From Mugil cephalus (Eukaryota), in the NCBI RefSeq assembly GCF_022458985.1, contig NC_061781.1, forward strand, positions 26,257,222 to 26,321,221: a stretch of DNA of 64,000 nt. The letters run 5' to 3'. A program made the translations under genes and the position numbers. Every line of letters begins with the position of its first letter. Positions within the stretch are counted from its first letter, which is position 1. The notes under the pieces were generated by a model. That model did no database searches. It was not told the origin of the DNA and saw only the letters and a program-made list of their open reading frames with translations. Of the stretch, positions 24,386 to 36,952 are shown piece by piece.

Positions 24386-24473
24386 CTGGAAGACAGTTGC
24401 TATCAGCATTCTTCTTTGATATCTTGATTACGAAACCATTTTTTGCTTTTCTGTATTTTCTCAGTGATCTCAC

Positions 24474-24615
24474 CTGTCATCTTCGTCGATGTCATCTCCG
24501 TCTTTGAGCCAGGCGACATCTGGAGGAGGCTCCCCACTTATTTCAGCCTTGAGGACCACTGTCGTCCCTCTCTTGGCCTTAATGTTGTCTGGGCCTTTAG
24601 AAACCTTTGCAGGTA
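24474..24615 (-). CDS. IQ-Ig gene exon C (Ig domain 2, N-half)
   Basis: Acceptor ctcccag|TA, donor GACAG|GTGAGA. Confidence 0.65.
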
Positions 24616-24895
24616 CTGGGAGAGCATGATGCAAATACTCCGTTAGCCACATGACATGCTGAAGGTAACAGGTACTTCACGATATTGGCTCAAAGGGAAC
24701 ATTTGATGGAAGACAGTGAGAAGATAGAAACTCAAGGAACATTGGCATGATTTCCATTGGCCGCAGTGGGAGTTATGTTTGTGTGCTTTGCCCCTTCATC
24801 TGGCAAATAAGGTGTATCTGATTCCATAAAACCCTGACAAATTTAGAAAATTCCTATTCGATAAGATGGAAACAAATGCCAGCTATAGATTACAG

Positions 24896-25212
24896 TGTAC
24901 ACACCTTCGACTAGAATACAGGCAGATCCAGATGTCTGTCCAAATGGGTTCTTAATGGCGACAGTGTATTTTCCTAGATCAGCCAGAACCCCGTCTCGAA
25001 CCACAAGTGCCACAAAATCTGGGTCTTCAAAAACATAGCGGTACTTGGGGCCGTCCTTCAGCTCTTTGTCGTCCTTGTACCACACAATGAAAGGATCTGG
25101 GAAAGCGCTAACTCTGCACTCCAGCTTTGCTGCACTGCCCTCGACGAGAACCACATCCCTGAGCTCCTGCAGGATCTTTGGAGGGCCTTTCTCCCGCAGC
25201 TCCTTACGTGAC
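24896..25212 (-). CDS. IQ-Ig gene exon B (Ig domain 1)
   Basis: Acceptor ctcatgaag|G, donor GAAG|GTGTGT. Ig hallmarks LECRVS...W(Y)...DLGKYTV. Confidence 0.65.
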
Positions 25213-25376
25213 CTTCATGAGAAACAGCAAAAAAATGGCAGAGGTACTGCAAGCTTCGAACAAATCGGCTTTCCAGTATCGATATATAGGAGCGAGATAT
25301 GACGAATGTTCTGATGGTCACTTCATCATGTGGTCCATGTACACGAGATCAAACCAATAATCGAAAATTCCGGTAC

Positions 25377-25486
25377 CTGTGGCCACGATATGAGGCTTGG
25401 ATTCGGATAGCAGCCTCCTGAACCTGAGGATCAGTGATGTTTATGGTGCATCCAGGAGGTGGTGCAGTCTTAACTTTGGACATCTG
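25377..25486 (-). CDS. IQ-Ig gene exon A (ATG 25486; IQ motif IRIQASYRGH); donor CACAG|GTACCG phase 2
   Basis: ATG immediately follows cttttgcag, so an upstream 5' exon is possible. The IQ consensus IQxxxRGxxxR is present. Confidence 0.6.
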
Positions 25487-26604
25487 CAAAAGTCAGAGGA
25501 GGTTAGCACTTAACACACAACCAACTTTCTGAATTTTAGTTACAGCTCAATGCCACATGTCTTACTTTGAAGATCCTCTCCACTTCCAGTCCAGTCCAGA
25601 GCCAGCAAACCTACAAGTCTTGATGCTTTATATGAAGAGGTCAGGAGAAGTGCTGCAGGTCCAGGGGGGTTGAGGCGAGATGTCATCCAGACATTCATTC
25701 TCCTTCTATGGTTATTAGGAAATATTTACACATGACTGATTGAAGTTGGGCAACAAATGTTCCAGAGACCCATCCTTATATAGCGTTCAAATCAAATACT
25801 CTTGAGAATCCTTGGAGCAGTTAATGGTTTAGTAAATTGTTGTTTGTATAGTGTGCTGAAATATGAGTCCTCCCTCATGACAATAAGCACATACATGTTG
25901 GTCTACGGGGTCGTGAAGTGGGAGTGGTGTTTACTTAGACTTACCTTAGTTCATGTGAGTACCATTTATTACAATTCAGGTCAGTTTCAAGAAAACTTAA
26001 TTGTTTGTTACAGGGGTCTTCAACGTTTTTCAGATTAGGAAGAGACCCCCTACTTACTATAGATGTTCTGTATTAAACTTGGCCTAGTGCTATTTATAAA
26101 TATGCATTATCATTATCATTTTGCATTCAATATTAAGGTATTGAAATAATACACAGGTTCAAATATTCATTTTTTTATTTCAAACATGTGCAATAGTAGG
26201 ATGGTCGTGCACCTGCCATAATCATAAACATACCTAACTGGTACATATACACATGCACCTGGGCATTGAATAGTCCAATAGCGTGGAACCTGATAGAGTC
26301 AGCGTGTGATATGCAGCCTCATGATTGGCTCAGCAGCAATAGAGGCGGGGCCTACTGCCTACTGTGTGCAGGAGGCTTAGGCTGTGTCCGAAATCGCCTC
26401 CTAACCGTACTACTACATAGTAGATTACATCCTGTACCTTTTTCCAACAAACTTCTGCACCATGTCCATTCATGTGTCATTTATTTCTTTTATTGTTCAT
26501 AACCTCAACACCTGTCACTCCATTTCCATGCCAGATTCAGAAATGTCACGAATAAAAAGCAGAAGCTTTAACAAATACAGTCTCTCAATAAATAAACAAT
26601 TTGC

Positions 26605-26609
<5 letters not shown>

Positions 26610-26662
<53 letters not shown>
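26610..26662. repeat. (AC)n dinucleotide microsatellite, ~26 units
   Basis: acacacac... run. Confidence 0.9.
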
Positions 26663-26667
<5 letters not shown>

Positions 26668-28984
26668 GACAGTCACATTCATGTAATCAAAATAAAGAGC
26701 TAATCATTCGTTTAACAGACTGTGGGTCTACTATTCATCACAAAGCACTGCAATACATTCCACAAAATACGGCTTTTAATACAAAAATTGGAGCGTTTAA
26801 TATTTTCCAAACCCTGTTGTCTGCTGACAGTCGTCCTTTCATTCAACATCATCAAAGAGCAGAGTTAATATATTGCACAGACGTTTAGAAATGAATGCAA
26901 CATAGCATCGTCATGCTGAACTTGCATGTTTCCATTCAGGTTTAAAACAACTCCTTCTGTGATTAGTTATCTTCTACTCTGCATAGGAGAACTACTGAGC
27001 CAAAAAGAGACACAGTGCTGCAGAAAAAAGGCCAGTGTTTATCTACCAATAGCATTAGAATAGACTGAACTACTAAAATTATATGTCATAGAACAACCAA
27101 CAACCTCCGTCAGTCAATACACATATTAAAGCATCTCATGTTTTGATGTGCGAGCTTTAGATGACCTGAAGAGACACATCAGGGTCTGTTTAAAGCTTTC
27201 TAGTTAATTATAAGAATCGCTGCCAGTTGCATCAAAAACATGTTTCACATGTTGGATTGAAAGTTGACTTTGCCCTCAAATGGAAAGGCAATATAGAAAG
27301 ATGAAACTATTGAACTTAACCATTTATTTACTATAAAATAATGTGGATAGATCAAATGGTGAATGTGTCATTGACTGATTATCACTGTAAACTTTTGTTA
27401 TTGGGGAAAGTATTTGGAAATACTTCTTTGTCTACTAGAATACGTCTTGTATATAGAGCATGGAATATGAAGTGTTTCATAAGTTAATATTCCCTGGAGC
27501 TATGTTGACTCATTGTGCTTTCTACAGGCTGCAGGGGCTGCAGTGTTGTATTAAATGTGTGCGTGGATGTAAAGTGTCTTGTTAGACAAAGGCATAAGCC
27601 ACTTAATTAAGGGAATAAAAAGTTCATGTAAAAGCTAATTATCACCGTTACTTTTCACATTTATAAAACGTTATGTCATTTTCAAAACTGTCCTTTATAG
27701 AAATGACTGAACCCTACTTCAGCTTTTAGCAGCTGAAAACGACAGCTGAAATTAGAACGGTGCACTATTCTACACACAGCCCAGTTCCACCAGAGGCTTT
27801 ATGTAGTGCTTAGTTCACCACCAGTCCCCTGAATAAACCCACATCTTCAATGTCAGGTTAACATTTGTGTGCGCGGCCCGTACACTGACTCTGAAATCTT
27901 TTATCAAAAACTCTGAAAACGGCTTCTCTGAATGGAAGAGGTCAGCTGAAATGGAAGCCAGTGCTGTTTGATTATTTGTGGTGGAGGAGCCTGGCTGGGT
28001 CGCACTTACTCTGTCCACATAATCACTGGGAGACGAATAGCTTTGTTTGGAAGCTCGAAGATGACAATAGAATAAGAACTTTTAAAAAACGATTTGGCTT
28101 TTGAGAGGATCCCGTCTAATCCCATTAGGGATTAGTGTTTACATTTAAATTGTTCTATTCTAATAGCCCTTGTAGATAAGCCAACAATGCATCTTCTGAA
28201 CATCTTCTAATTAAAAAAAAAAAAAAAGTCCTTTCTGGAGCTGCTACAGTCTGAACACTCTCTATGGTGCTTTGCTAAATGTCATGTAGCACAAATTCAA
28301 CTAGTTTAGCTCAACATGAATTAGATTTATGGGTTTACGGATATTTACATAATTTACTACTGTAGTTGCAGTCAATCGAGGACAGGAAAAAAAAATCAGA
28401 TTATCAATATCAGATCAGAAAACATTTAAAATGGAACTGTGATAGTACTGAGATCAAACGTCTAAGGTGTTTGTTGTTGTACTTTTAGTTGTGTGGAGTA
28501 CTCTGTCACAATGTTGTGTTAAGAATTCTTTAAATGTAGAGTTGTGTTAATTGTACTTCTCCTAAACCAACATGTGTTCTTTACATTAATACTCTGTAAC
28601 AGCAACTTCAGGCCTTTTCAGGCAGTTACTGGACTGTATTAATGTGTCAAGTCATTCATTCAAAAAACCTCGAGGTACTAACTTGAAGACAACATCCAGC
28701 CTTGTATTAACAAGGTTCTCACTATATGAAATGCAGTCAGGCTCTTGCACATAGAGGAATATGAGTGCCCTTATGCATGAAAACACATTTTCAGATTCTC
28801 TTTCTGAAACAGAAAAGAAAAAAATGAAATCACGTCTCTGTAGATCACAGCCGCTGCTGGTTTTGTTTTCTTTCTTCTCACCAAGTTCAACAACTCAGAC
28901 CTGAAGGGACCACCCCACCTTGTGGCCCAAAGTCTTGCCTTGCACTGAGAAGGTCCACGCCCCCCCGTACAGTCTCGGGTGTTT

Positions 28985-29228
28985 TCAGTGGGTGACGGGT
29001 GTGGCGGGTGACGGCGTGCTGAGGCTAGTGGGGGTTTGTGGCGAGCTCTGGTAGGACCGCAGGAGGACTTTGTGCTTGGTGGCCTGCTCCTCTCGTCTGC
29101 GCTGCTGGTCGGCCAAGAATTCCTTGAGACGGTTAGTTGTAAAGGTGAGAGTTTGCCTGCGAAGGCGCATCAGGTAGGCATCTTGAAGCCAGGAGTTATT
29201 GAAGCAGTCCTTGATGCTTGGACGAGCC
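28985..29228 (-). CDS. speg: speg last coding exon ([81 protein letters not shown])
   Basis: Acceptor tcaacag|G completes the Trp codon. Stop TGA at 28985-28987. The conserved SPEG C-terminus is present. Confidence 0.9.
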
Positions 29229-29349
29229 CTGTTGAAGACGACATTGAGGACCCACATAATTAAAGATTTACAAAAATCTAAATTAGACAGATAAACATTA
29301 AACAACTGATCAGTTAATATCAAGTCTCCCAGTCAAAGGTTGAGCTTAC

Positions 29350-29499
29350 CAAGGGTAGCTACAGAGGATCTTTTTTAGAAACAGAGAGGCACTTTGGGAC
29401 ACATTCTGGTAGAGTTTAGAGAGGTCAAACTTTGCTGCCTGGATCCTGGCTTCAGTCTCCAGAGGATCATTTTCCATAAAAGGTGTCCTGCCGCTCAAC
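29350..29499 (-). CDS. speg: speg kinase 2 C-lobe ([50 protein letters not shown])
   Basis: Acceptor tgtccag|G, donor CCTTG|GTAAGC. Confidence 0.85.
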
Positions 29500-29764
29500 C
29501 TGGACAATCAAGAAGCAGTTCAGACACTCAGAAAACAGTGAAGATCCTGAGTAACAGGTCAATTATGTGCAATAAATGTTGCTGGTTCAGTAGGTTAGAC
29601 GTGAATTCAATCATCATAATAAGAGGAGGAAGACGTCCACATCACGAGCCATTACAATCTTTGGAAGTGAAATCAAAAATACAAAGCAGCAGACCATTCT
29701 CAATCTCAGGCCACTTCTATTTAAAGAGGGCTTGCTGGGTGGAAGCTGTGAAAGCAGCACTCAC

Positions 29765-29840
29765 ATGATGAAAGTCAGTACACCCACACTCCAGATGTCA
29801 GCTGGAGGGCCCACGACATCCCCTTTCAACATCTCTGGAG
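29765..29840 (-). CDS. speg: speg kinase 2 (SPEMLKGDVVGPPADIWSVGVLTFI)
   Basis: Acceptor ccttgaag|CT, donor ATCAT|GTGAGT. Confidence 0.85.
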
Positions 29841-30395
29841 CTTCAAGGAGAAGAAAGGGAAACATGAACTGCAAATAATATTTGCACCTTGTGTACTACG
29901 GTTTGTGACGTGTCATATGTATATGTGTTAAAGCCGAATAACTTAAATACGTGTGAACAGTTTTATTTTCTAATCCGCCTTTGTTTTCATCGCGGGAGCA
30001 CGCCCACAACTCAACAACTGTTGCATAAACCTCCTCATCTTCACAGTAACGAAGCTGAGTATTAATAGAATAAATCAACAAGCTGCCAAAATGAACAGAG
30101 TGAGATCTTTTATTTATACTTGCTTTGATATATTTTTATATCTATTACTTTCTAATCAATAATCACAGTCAAAATGACAAACAACTAATTCTGTAGTTAT
30201 GACTGTATTTTTATTTTTTTCCTAATTGGTCCTAATCTTTAAGCGTACCTTAGATTTATTTGTGGACGTATGGTAATTATTGCTTTCTTGATATTAAACC
30301 CTATTCTATCACTTTGGAATTTACTTTACGATTGATCCAGGTGTCAATAAAGGCACAAATAACCTTTAGTAGACTGACAAAAATGAAACTCTTAC

Positions 30396-30619
30396 ACATA
30401 TACTCCAGTGTCCCAATAGGAGGGCTGAACTGTTTGAGGAAGAGAGGGTTGTATGTCTGGGCACAGCCAAAGTCGATGATCTTTATGACGTTCATGTAGG
30501 TGACAATGACATTCTCCGGCTTAATGTCCAGGTGGAGGATCCGTCGGGTATGAAGGTAGTCCAGACCTTGGAGGATCTGCACAATGTACGTCACCGCATC
30601 GTCCTCTGAGTAACGGAAC
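30396..30619 (-). CDS. speg: speg kinase 2 catalytic core (RFRYSEDDAVTYIVQILQGLDYLHTRRILHLDIKPENVIVTYMNVIKIIDFGCAQTYNPLFLKQFSPPIGTLEYM)
   Basis: Acceptor tctctcag|G, donor ATGT|GTAAGA. Confidence 0.9.
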
Positions 30620-30733
30620 CTGAGAGACACCAGAGAACACCTTGTTACGGGACCATGCCAAGAATGCGTCAAGGCAGTTTGCAGACTGCCATCTTTTAAA
30701 CCAGCTTGGTCTACGCTACAAGTACAGCTTCAC

Positions 30734-30973
30734 CTGTCTATAAGGCTGTAGAGCAACTCCTTCCCACTGCAGTACTCAGAGATAAGCACCAGATAGCGTG
30801 GTGTGACATAAGCTTCGTGCAGGGCCATGATCCTGTCGTGATGAAGGGACTTGAGGATGTCATATTCCTGCAGCACTGCCTGCTTGCTGTCTGCTTCATA
30901 CGGGACAATCTTAGCCAAGAAAAGATTGCCTGTGGCATTCTCCCGACACTCACGGATCACACCAAACCGACCC
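30734..30973 (-). CDS. speg: speg kinase 2 N-lobe ([80 protein letters not shown])
   Basis: Acceptor gtcacag|G, donor GACAG|GTGAAG. Confidence 0.9.
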
Positions 30974-31321
30974 CTGTGACATAAAGACGAACAGGCAACA
31001 GCACATACAATGCTAAGTTTATGTACAGCTGCTAATCTCATATTCAGTACCCATGATGTTATTGCATCATGCAAAGTTGCGGTTACTGATTGTATAACAT
31101 TTAGATATATTTTATCCCTCAGAATGCAGTAGACAGATGCAATTTTCTAAAAATATCTATAAATCTTGCCTTTGTCTTTCTTTATTTCTAGTCAGTGTCA
31201 CATTTTAACTGTATCATCATCTTTTCAAGCTTTGTAATCGGCACCAAAATTCACATTTTAGTTGATTTTGCTTGACCCACATATTGGTATATTATCCTGT
31301 AATCCCAATCTGATTTGTTAC

Positions 31322-32165
31322 CTCGCTTTCTCATCCATGAATGTATAAGGCTTCTGTGGGACTCCCTGGCGCAGAGATCCCTCGCCAGGCTTGCCCAATG
31401 GTGTACTGCGTCCCGAAGTTGTGACCCTGTGTCCTGATGGGGTGACCCGTCCTGATGGGGTGACCCGTCCTGATGGGGTACTGCGGCTGTCGACTCCCTG
31501 CAACACTGGCGTCAGACTCTGCACCACCACCACAGTTGGGGAAACAGTCACAGGAGTGACTGCAGGTGTGCTGGTAGTCGGGGTAGAAGGACTTTGAGAA
31601 GGTGGAGTGACTCGAGCGGTGGCGGCTGGTACGTACATTGGCACGGACGAAATTGGTTTCCCAATAGGCGTAGGCGGTGATACAGGAGAAGGTGGTTTGT
31701 TGGTTAGGGGAGTAGCTGCAGGTACAGGAGTCTGAGGTTTGGGTGGGACGACAGGTGGAGGTGTTAGCTTTGTTTGGGGTTTGCTCATACTGACGCTTAA
31801 GGTGCTCTTGGCTTTGACTGGTGTGGCCTGGACAGCTGACGTCTGAGCAGGAGCCTGTTCAGCAGGGGCTGTACCAGTGGGCCCAGTAACAGCTGGACGG
31901 CTGACTTCAGTCTGTACAGCAGGCTTAACGGTTAGCGGAGAAACAGATTTAGCCACGGATGGAGCAGGAACTGACGTAGAGGCAGGGGCAGGGGTAGATT
32001 TACTCGGGGCTGGTTTAATGGGAGGCACTTTCATGGATGACATCATTACCACAGAGGGGGGAGGAGGAGTTGCAGGAACAGTCTTGACCACCACAGTAGC
32101 ACTGGATTTAGCTGGTTCTAATGGAAGACAAGTAGAGGGAGGAGGATGCATATCAAAGACTTTCT
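31322..32165 (-). CDS. speg: speg Pro/Thr/Ser/Val-rich linker exon preceding kinase 2 (…PTPIGKPISSVPMYVP…RQGVPQKPYTFMDEKA)
   Basis: Acceptor cattag|AG, donor GCGAG|GTAACA. Ends with the conserved PQKPYTF(L/M)(E/D)EKAR. Confidence 0.85.
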
Positions 32166-32389
32166 CTAATGTAGGAATACAAGTCATGTGACCATTTCAG
32201 TTTAGTTAATAATTTGGGATGCACATTTGTCTATACAACAAATATTGTACTCATAAAAACAACCTTTAATGAGTTGACCACAATAAAATACGTACAAACT
32301 AATCCCTTCAGTACGAACCTATGTTACTTAGAGACTCATCAATGAACATAATGCAATGGAATTCCATGTATATTTTGTACTGTACAAAC

Positions 32390-32554
32390 CTGAGGCATCC
32401 AAGCTCACTACTTCTGACAAGTTGCTGTAAGGGCCCTGACCAGCTTTGTTCACACAAGCCACTCTGAACCTGAAGGAGCCCCTGGCGGGAAGGTCGGTCA
32501 CATTGTAATAACAGTCTGCCACACCAGTGGCCACAATCAGCCAGTTGGTTTCCC
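32390..32554 (-). CDS. speg: speg FN3 C-half ([55 protein letters not shown])
   Basis: Acceptor ttctcag|GG, donor TCAG|GTTTGT. Confidence 0.85.
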
Positions 32555-32679
32555 CTGAGAACAGTGGTAGAGGCTCGGTGTAAAATATTTATTTCAATTT
32601 CAGTAGCAGCATGCAGTAGACACTGAAATAATCTTGTGTATAAATGTGGTTTAAACATTAGTTCATTATTAACACAGAC

Positions 32680-32802
32680 CCTCTGTTCTCCTCTCCAGTG
32701 AGTAGGTGCAAGGGGCCAAAGTGTCTGAGGGCCTCCACAACACCAAGGCTGTGTTGTTATACTTCTGAGGAATCTCTGGGGTTCCAGGGCGATTGGGCAG
32801 GC
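32680..32802 (-). CDS. speg: speg FN3 N-half (RLPNRPGTPEIPQKYNNTALVLWRPSDTLAPCTYSLERRTE)
   Basis: Acceptor tttacag|GC, donor GAGG|GTCTGT. Confidence 0.8.
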
Positions 32803-32925
32803 CTGTAAAAATGAATAGAAAATAAATCACTAGTTACGAGTTTGAAAAACTTTACTGTTGAAACCGTGTGAGGTTCTACAACTAATGTGGATTGCAACTC
32901 TCCACAAATTGCAATAAGTTCTTAC

Positions 32926-33093
32926 GAGCCAGTGATATCGTGCAAGAGCTGGACACAGAGGCCAGTGGGTTTGTAGCAACACATTCGTAGACCCCTGCAT
33001 CCTTTTTGGTGGTCTGCATGATCATCAGTAGCTGCCGGCCATCAGGGCAGGCAATCATATTCATCCTGGCATCAATCACCAGGGGCTTCTTAT
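32926..33093 (-). CDS. speg: speg Ig C-half (DKKPLVIDARMNMIACPDGRQLLMIMQTTKKDAGVYECVATNPLASVSSSCTISLA)
   Basis: Acceptor cttcag|AT, donor GCTC|GTAAGA. Confidence 0.85.
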
Positions 33094-33444
33094 CTGAAGG
33101 AAGCACACATGCATAATGGCAACTTTTGATGATGCGATGCAAAGGTGAAAATACTGAATATTTATATAAATGAGACACATTAACACACAAAAAAACCAGA
33201 CATTTACTATGCCTATTGTTTTCTAGAGTAATAAAGAATCATCATTCTTATCTCCAACAATATTTTTTCGCATTTTACAAAAACTCTCTGATGTCAGATC
33301 ATCTTATGTTTGTCTGCATCATGAAGACATTCATCAGTTCAGTGAATAATTATTTATTATCTTATATCATTGCAAATGGCAGCTAAAGTAATTCTGATTA
33401 ACCATCTGTGATTTCCTTTCTTAGCAAACATGAGCGATCCTTAC

Positions 33445-33561
33445 CTTTTATCCAGGTGATATGTGGGTGGGGGCTTCCTGCTGGCAGACAGCTAAGTGTC
33501 ACTGGGTCCCCTTCCAGCAGGACGTGGTCTCTCAGCTTGATATGGAACACTGGTGGGAAGT
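33445..33561 (-). CDS. speg: speg Ig N-half ([39 protein letters not shown])
   Basis: Acceptor ataccag|AC, donor AAAG|GTAAGG. Confidence 0.85.
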
Positions 33562-33678
33562 CTGGTATTCAAAGACATCGGACCAATTAAACTGCATGTA
33601 TTGGATATTAAGGGTCAATCCTAAATTTATGATTGAATCCGCAGGTACAACTTAAGGGGTAGTTCCAGAGTAACTTAC

Positions 33679-33828
33679 CTGAGGCCAGTTTAGAGTATTG
33701 CCGTGAACGTAAAGAACTGTTGTCTCTGGAGATTGCAGATGGTATGTCAGGCTGGGAGACAGTCTTATCTCGCCTCCCTCTGGTCAGGCCCCATCGGTCC
33801 CAGCGAGATCTGCGCTCGCCCTCTACTC
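33679..33828 (-). CDS. speg: speg exon (GVEGERRSRWDRWGLTRGRRDKTVSQPDIPSAISRDNSSLRSRQYSKLAS)
   Basis: Acceptor cttgtgaag|GA, donor TCAG|GTAAGT. Confidence 0.75.
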
Positions 33829-33911
33829 CTTCACAAGAAAAAAAATCTACTTCATTAACTGTCTGTCTGTGGTCAAACATAGAGTCATGAAGAAAAGATT
33901 CTGCTCCATAC

Positions 33912-36639
33912 CCTTTGATGTGTCCGATTTCAGGCTGGACATGGAATCTAGAGACTCTGATGATGCACCATTATTAGCCTGAGATGCCAGCGTGTTCTGA
34001 GGAACACTGGGAACCTTCATACCACGATTCTCTGATGTTGAACGACGAAGCATAGAAAGAATGGGTGTCCTTTTCTGTTCCTTTTCATCTGATGCTCTCC
34101 TTTCCTCTGAGTAGCTGCGAATTCTCGTGGAGATACCCGCCACTGTTGATTCAATCTTCCTGCGCATTGCCAATACTGGAGATTCATTAGGTTTCTTGAG
34201 CTCCTTTTCATTTTGTTCCACTGATTTATCACCTCCACCATCCATTTGCGTCATCTCTACTTCTTTCTTTTCCTGAGAACCTCTTCGGCCAAGAGTCCAA
34301 GAAAGACGGCGCCTAGAAACAGAATCTTCTTCTTTTGTCATTTCGTCCTTGTGCTCCGTTGATGGAGTTCTCTTCAAACGCATAGAGAGCCTTCTCATAA
34401 AGCCTTGGTCCTTTTGAGCTTCACGAAGGTCCTGGACCGACTTTGACTTCTCCTCTAGTCTCCTTGGCCCTAATTCCAGTGGTGCACCCACAGGCCTCGG
34501 TCTGTATATCTCTTCACCTGTCTCTGTATCGTCCGATGAAGGAGCTGGTGGCTTATCATCATTTTTTGACCGTGTAAGAAATTTAAAACTTCTTGAGAGC
34601 GAAGATTCACGTTTTTTAAAGCGGGCCTCAAAGACCTCTTCAGAGCTAATGTCCTTTAGGTCAACTCCCGGTGAGAGCTCTTGTTGTGATGGGGAATGTG
34701 TGATAGTCGTTGGTGGACTGGATTCTTTTGTGATCATTTCTGGTGACGCTACCCTGGAGTATACAGCAGGGTGCTCAGTGGTTGACGTGACGACTAGTTT
34801 TGGACTGGGTAAATCGGAGGATGTGCTGGCAGGTAAAGATGTGCCAGTTGATACTGAGGATGATGAAGTACCTGGAAAAATCACAGGTTTTGAGGGTCCT
34901 AACTGTGGGTCACTACCAACATTTTGTGAAGGGACCATGATGGTCTGCATAATACTGGCATATGCTGAAGTCCTTCCATCTGGAAGAACAACACGTGCGG
35001 GAAGGAGGGGCGTAACCAATGATGAGACAACAGTTCCTGGGGAATGCGAATAAGCTTGTGTTGGTGTCACCATAACTGAGCTTGTGCTCATGGTCATCTC
35101 AGAGGATTTCACATTGATATTGACTTCTTCTCCTACGCTTTCTTCAATAACTTCAGTATTTGATTCAACAACACTGTCTACTCTTTCCTCTTCTTCTCTC
35201 ACGATCTCTTTCTTATCTTCCTGCCTATTTTCTCCTTCTTCTTCTTCTTCCATTTTCTCATCTAGTTGAGAGCTTTGGGCCATGGGAGGAGGTGTAGAAA
35301 TTCTCTGGCTCATACATTCTGATTCAATCATTGGTTCTTCTGAAATACTCATGTCCTTCTCTGAGAAACCACTTGTGCTTGATCTCTCATCAAAATTACT
35401 ATCTGTAGTCAGCCCATCCATCTTTTCATTGATACTCTCTTCAGGCTTTGTCTCCTTCTCCATTAATGAATCCTCACTCTCTGTTTTGGATGGACTCTCC
35501 TGCATAACAAGCTCTGGTGTCTGTGGTTTTGGTGAAGGTTCCCTGGGAGTCACTGGACGAGAGTCTAACTTAATTTGCTCGGTCAGGGCTGACATAGATA
35601 TTGCCTCCTTCAGTCTTCTCTCCTCTACCTGTGCCAAGGGAATCTCCAGAGGAGCTCCAGACCGGCGGTGTAAAGGTACGGGTTCTGGATCTCCCTGACT
35701 GAAAGAAGTACTTTTGCGCAATACTTTTGGTTTGGGAACTTCATCCCTTGGGAAATCACTGGATGCAGCTCTAGTTAGTGGAGGTGGGCCGAGACGAGAG
35801 GTACGAGAGTAGCGGTCTGAGGAAATTGCACGCTTTTCATCTCCCATTCCTAATGTTTCCAACAGAGGTCCTCTCAGTCCACTCATCTTGTTGTCTGCAG
35901 AGGCACCACGAAGCAGCCGCTGTCTCATCAGCTCAAGTTTAAGAGCATAGTCTTCTTGACTCATTTTGGCAGTTCCTGGGCTGGTGCTCCTCTTTGGTAG
36001 TTCCATGGAGACAGCTTTTTTAAGAACTCTTCTGCCTTCCTCTTGGTTTCCTTCACCAGCACCTTCTTCTGGTGTAATCCGAAGCGTTAATGCACTGTCA
36101 GCTGAGCCGCCACGTCTAAGCTCGCCTCTTTGTCGTCCACCTTCTGGTTTGTCACCCTCCATGCTTGAACCCCTCCTGAGCGGTTTTCTAGAGACCTCTG
36201 ACTTTTGTTTCAATTCAGCAGGTGATTCCTCATCTGAAGAACCTCTGTCATGGTCTTGAGATAACCTTTTACTATGGCGGCCTTTACTTGCTACTTCAGG
36301 TCCTTCTTTGTCCATTTCTTTGTGGTCACTCTCCTTTTCTACTTCCTGGACCTCAGAAGGGGGCCCAGACCATTTACTTGTTCCATTCTGCTTCCTTGGT
36401 TCATCTTCATTGGTCTGAATATCATTCAGTGATATCCTTGATCCAGAGAATTCCATATTAAGTGGCATTGGAATAAAAGGCAGCTCATCAATGTCTTCAT
36501 CAGAATCAGAGGATGACGACAAAGGTAAGCCCTCCTTAAGGTGCCTGGGAACTGCAATGGAGATATGGCTGGACGAATCATTCAGTAGCTCAGGTATGGA
36601 CCTCATGACCATTTTTGATTTATAGCTGATTAGAGAACG
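33912..36639 (-). CDS. speg: speg inter-kinase exon, 2,728 nt (909 codons), Ser-rich and disordered
   Basis: Acceptor ctttttag|CGT, donor AAGG|GTATGG. Conserved blocks RSIPELL, SSSDSDEDIDELPFIPMPLNMEFSGSRISLNDI, LRGPLLETLG, PLEIPLAQVE, VLAMRRK. Confidence 0.85.
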
Positions 36640-36731
36640 CTAAAAAGGAGGAAATGTGACACAGTAAGCTCCAAGTTGGGATGATTTCACAATGCATTCT
36701 GTGTGTAGGGAAGAAATAAAAACATCATTAC

Positions 36732-36800
36732 CTGCCATTTTCGGCGAGATACAAATTTCTTTAACGCTTCCGTATTTATGGCCTTCCCCTTGCTTAATGT
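36732..36800 (-). CDS. speg: speg exon (TLSKGKAINTEALKKFVSRRKWQ)
   Basis: Acceptor ccacag|ACA, donor CAG|GTAATG. Confidence 0.75.
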
Positions 36801-36909
36801 CTGTGGAATAAGTAGACATTAAATTCAAAGGAAAGAAATAACGAACATCTTGAACATCAAGTATGAGTGATTAACACTAAAGCATTACATACCACAGGCT
36901 TTGCCTTAC

Positions 36910-36952
36910 CTTGAACCAGGGGTGTCTGAGACATTCCTGAGTATCAGGTCTC
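36910..36952 (-). CDS. speg: speg kinase 1 end (LRPDTQECLRHPWFK)
   Basis: Acceptor ttttag|G, donor AAG|GTAAGG. Confidence 0.75.

Larger units (their letters stand above)
24247..25486 (-). other. Small 4-exon gene: 235-aa protein with an N-terminal IQ motif followed by two I-set Ig domains (identity unresolved)
   Basis: Exons are 25486..25377, 25212..24896, 24615..24474 and 24385..24247, with consistent splice phases. Product: MSKVKTAPPPGCTINITDPQVQEAAIRIQASYRGHR|SRKELREKGPPKILQELRDVVLVEGSAAKLECRVSAFPDPFIVWYKDDKELKDGPKYRYVFEDPDFVALVVRDGVLADLGKYTVAIKNPFGQTSGSACILVE|VPAKVSKGPDNIKAKRGTTVVLKAEISGEPPPDVAWLKDGDDIDEDDR|VFFDVGDTSTILTIKKATLSDAGKYEVFVENNLGTDQSFARVDIL*. Confidence 0.65.

Noticed and set aside
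26601-26888. ORFs containing a 'THTHTHTH' run
   Set aside because: Translation of the (AC)n microsatellite.
29394-29768. 124-aa plus-strand ORF
   Set aside because: Antisense to the speg kinase-2 C-lobe exons (29350..29499, 29765..29840).
34649-35698. Several long plus-strand ORFs (34649..35053, 35282..35698, 35966..36259, 36222..36461)
   Set aside because: They lie antisense to the 2.7-kb speg inter-kinase exon. The open frames are a by-product of the low-complexity Ser/Glu-rich coding sequence on the other strand.
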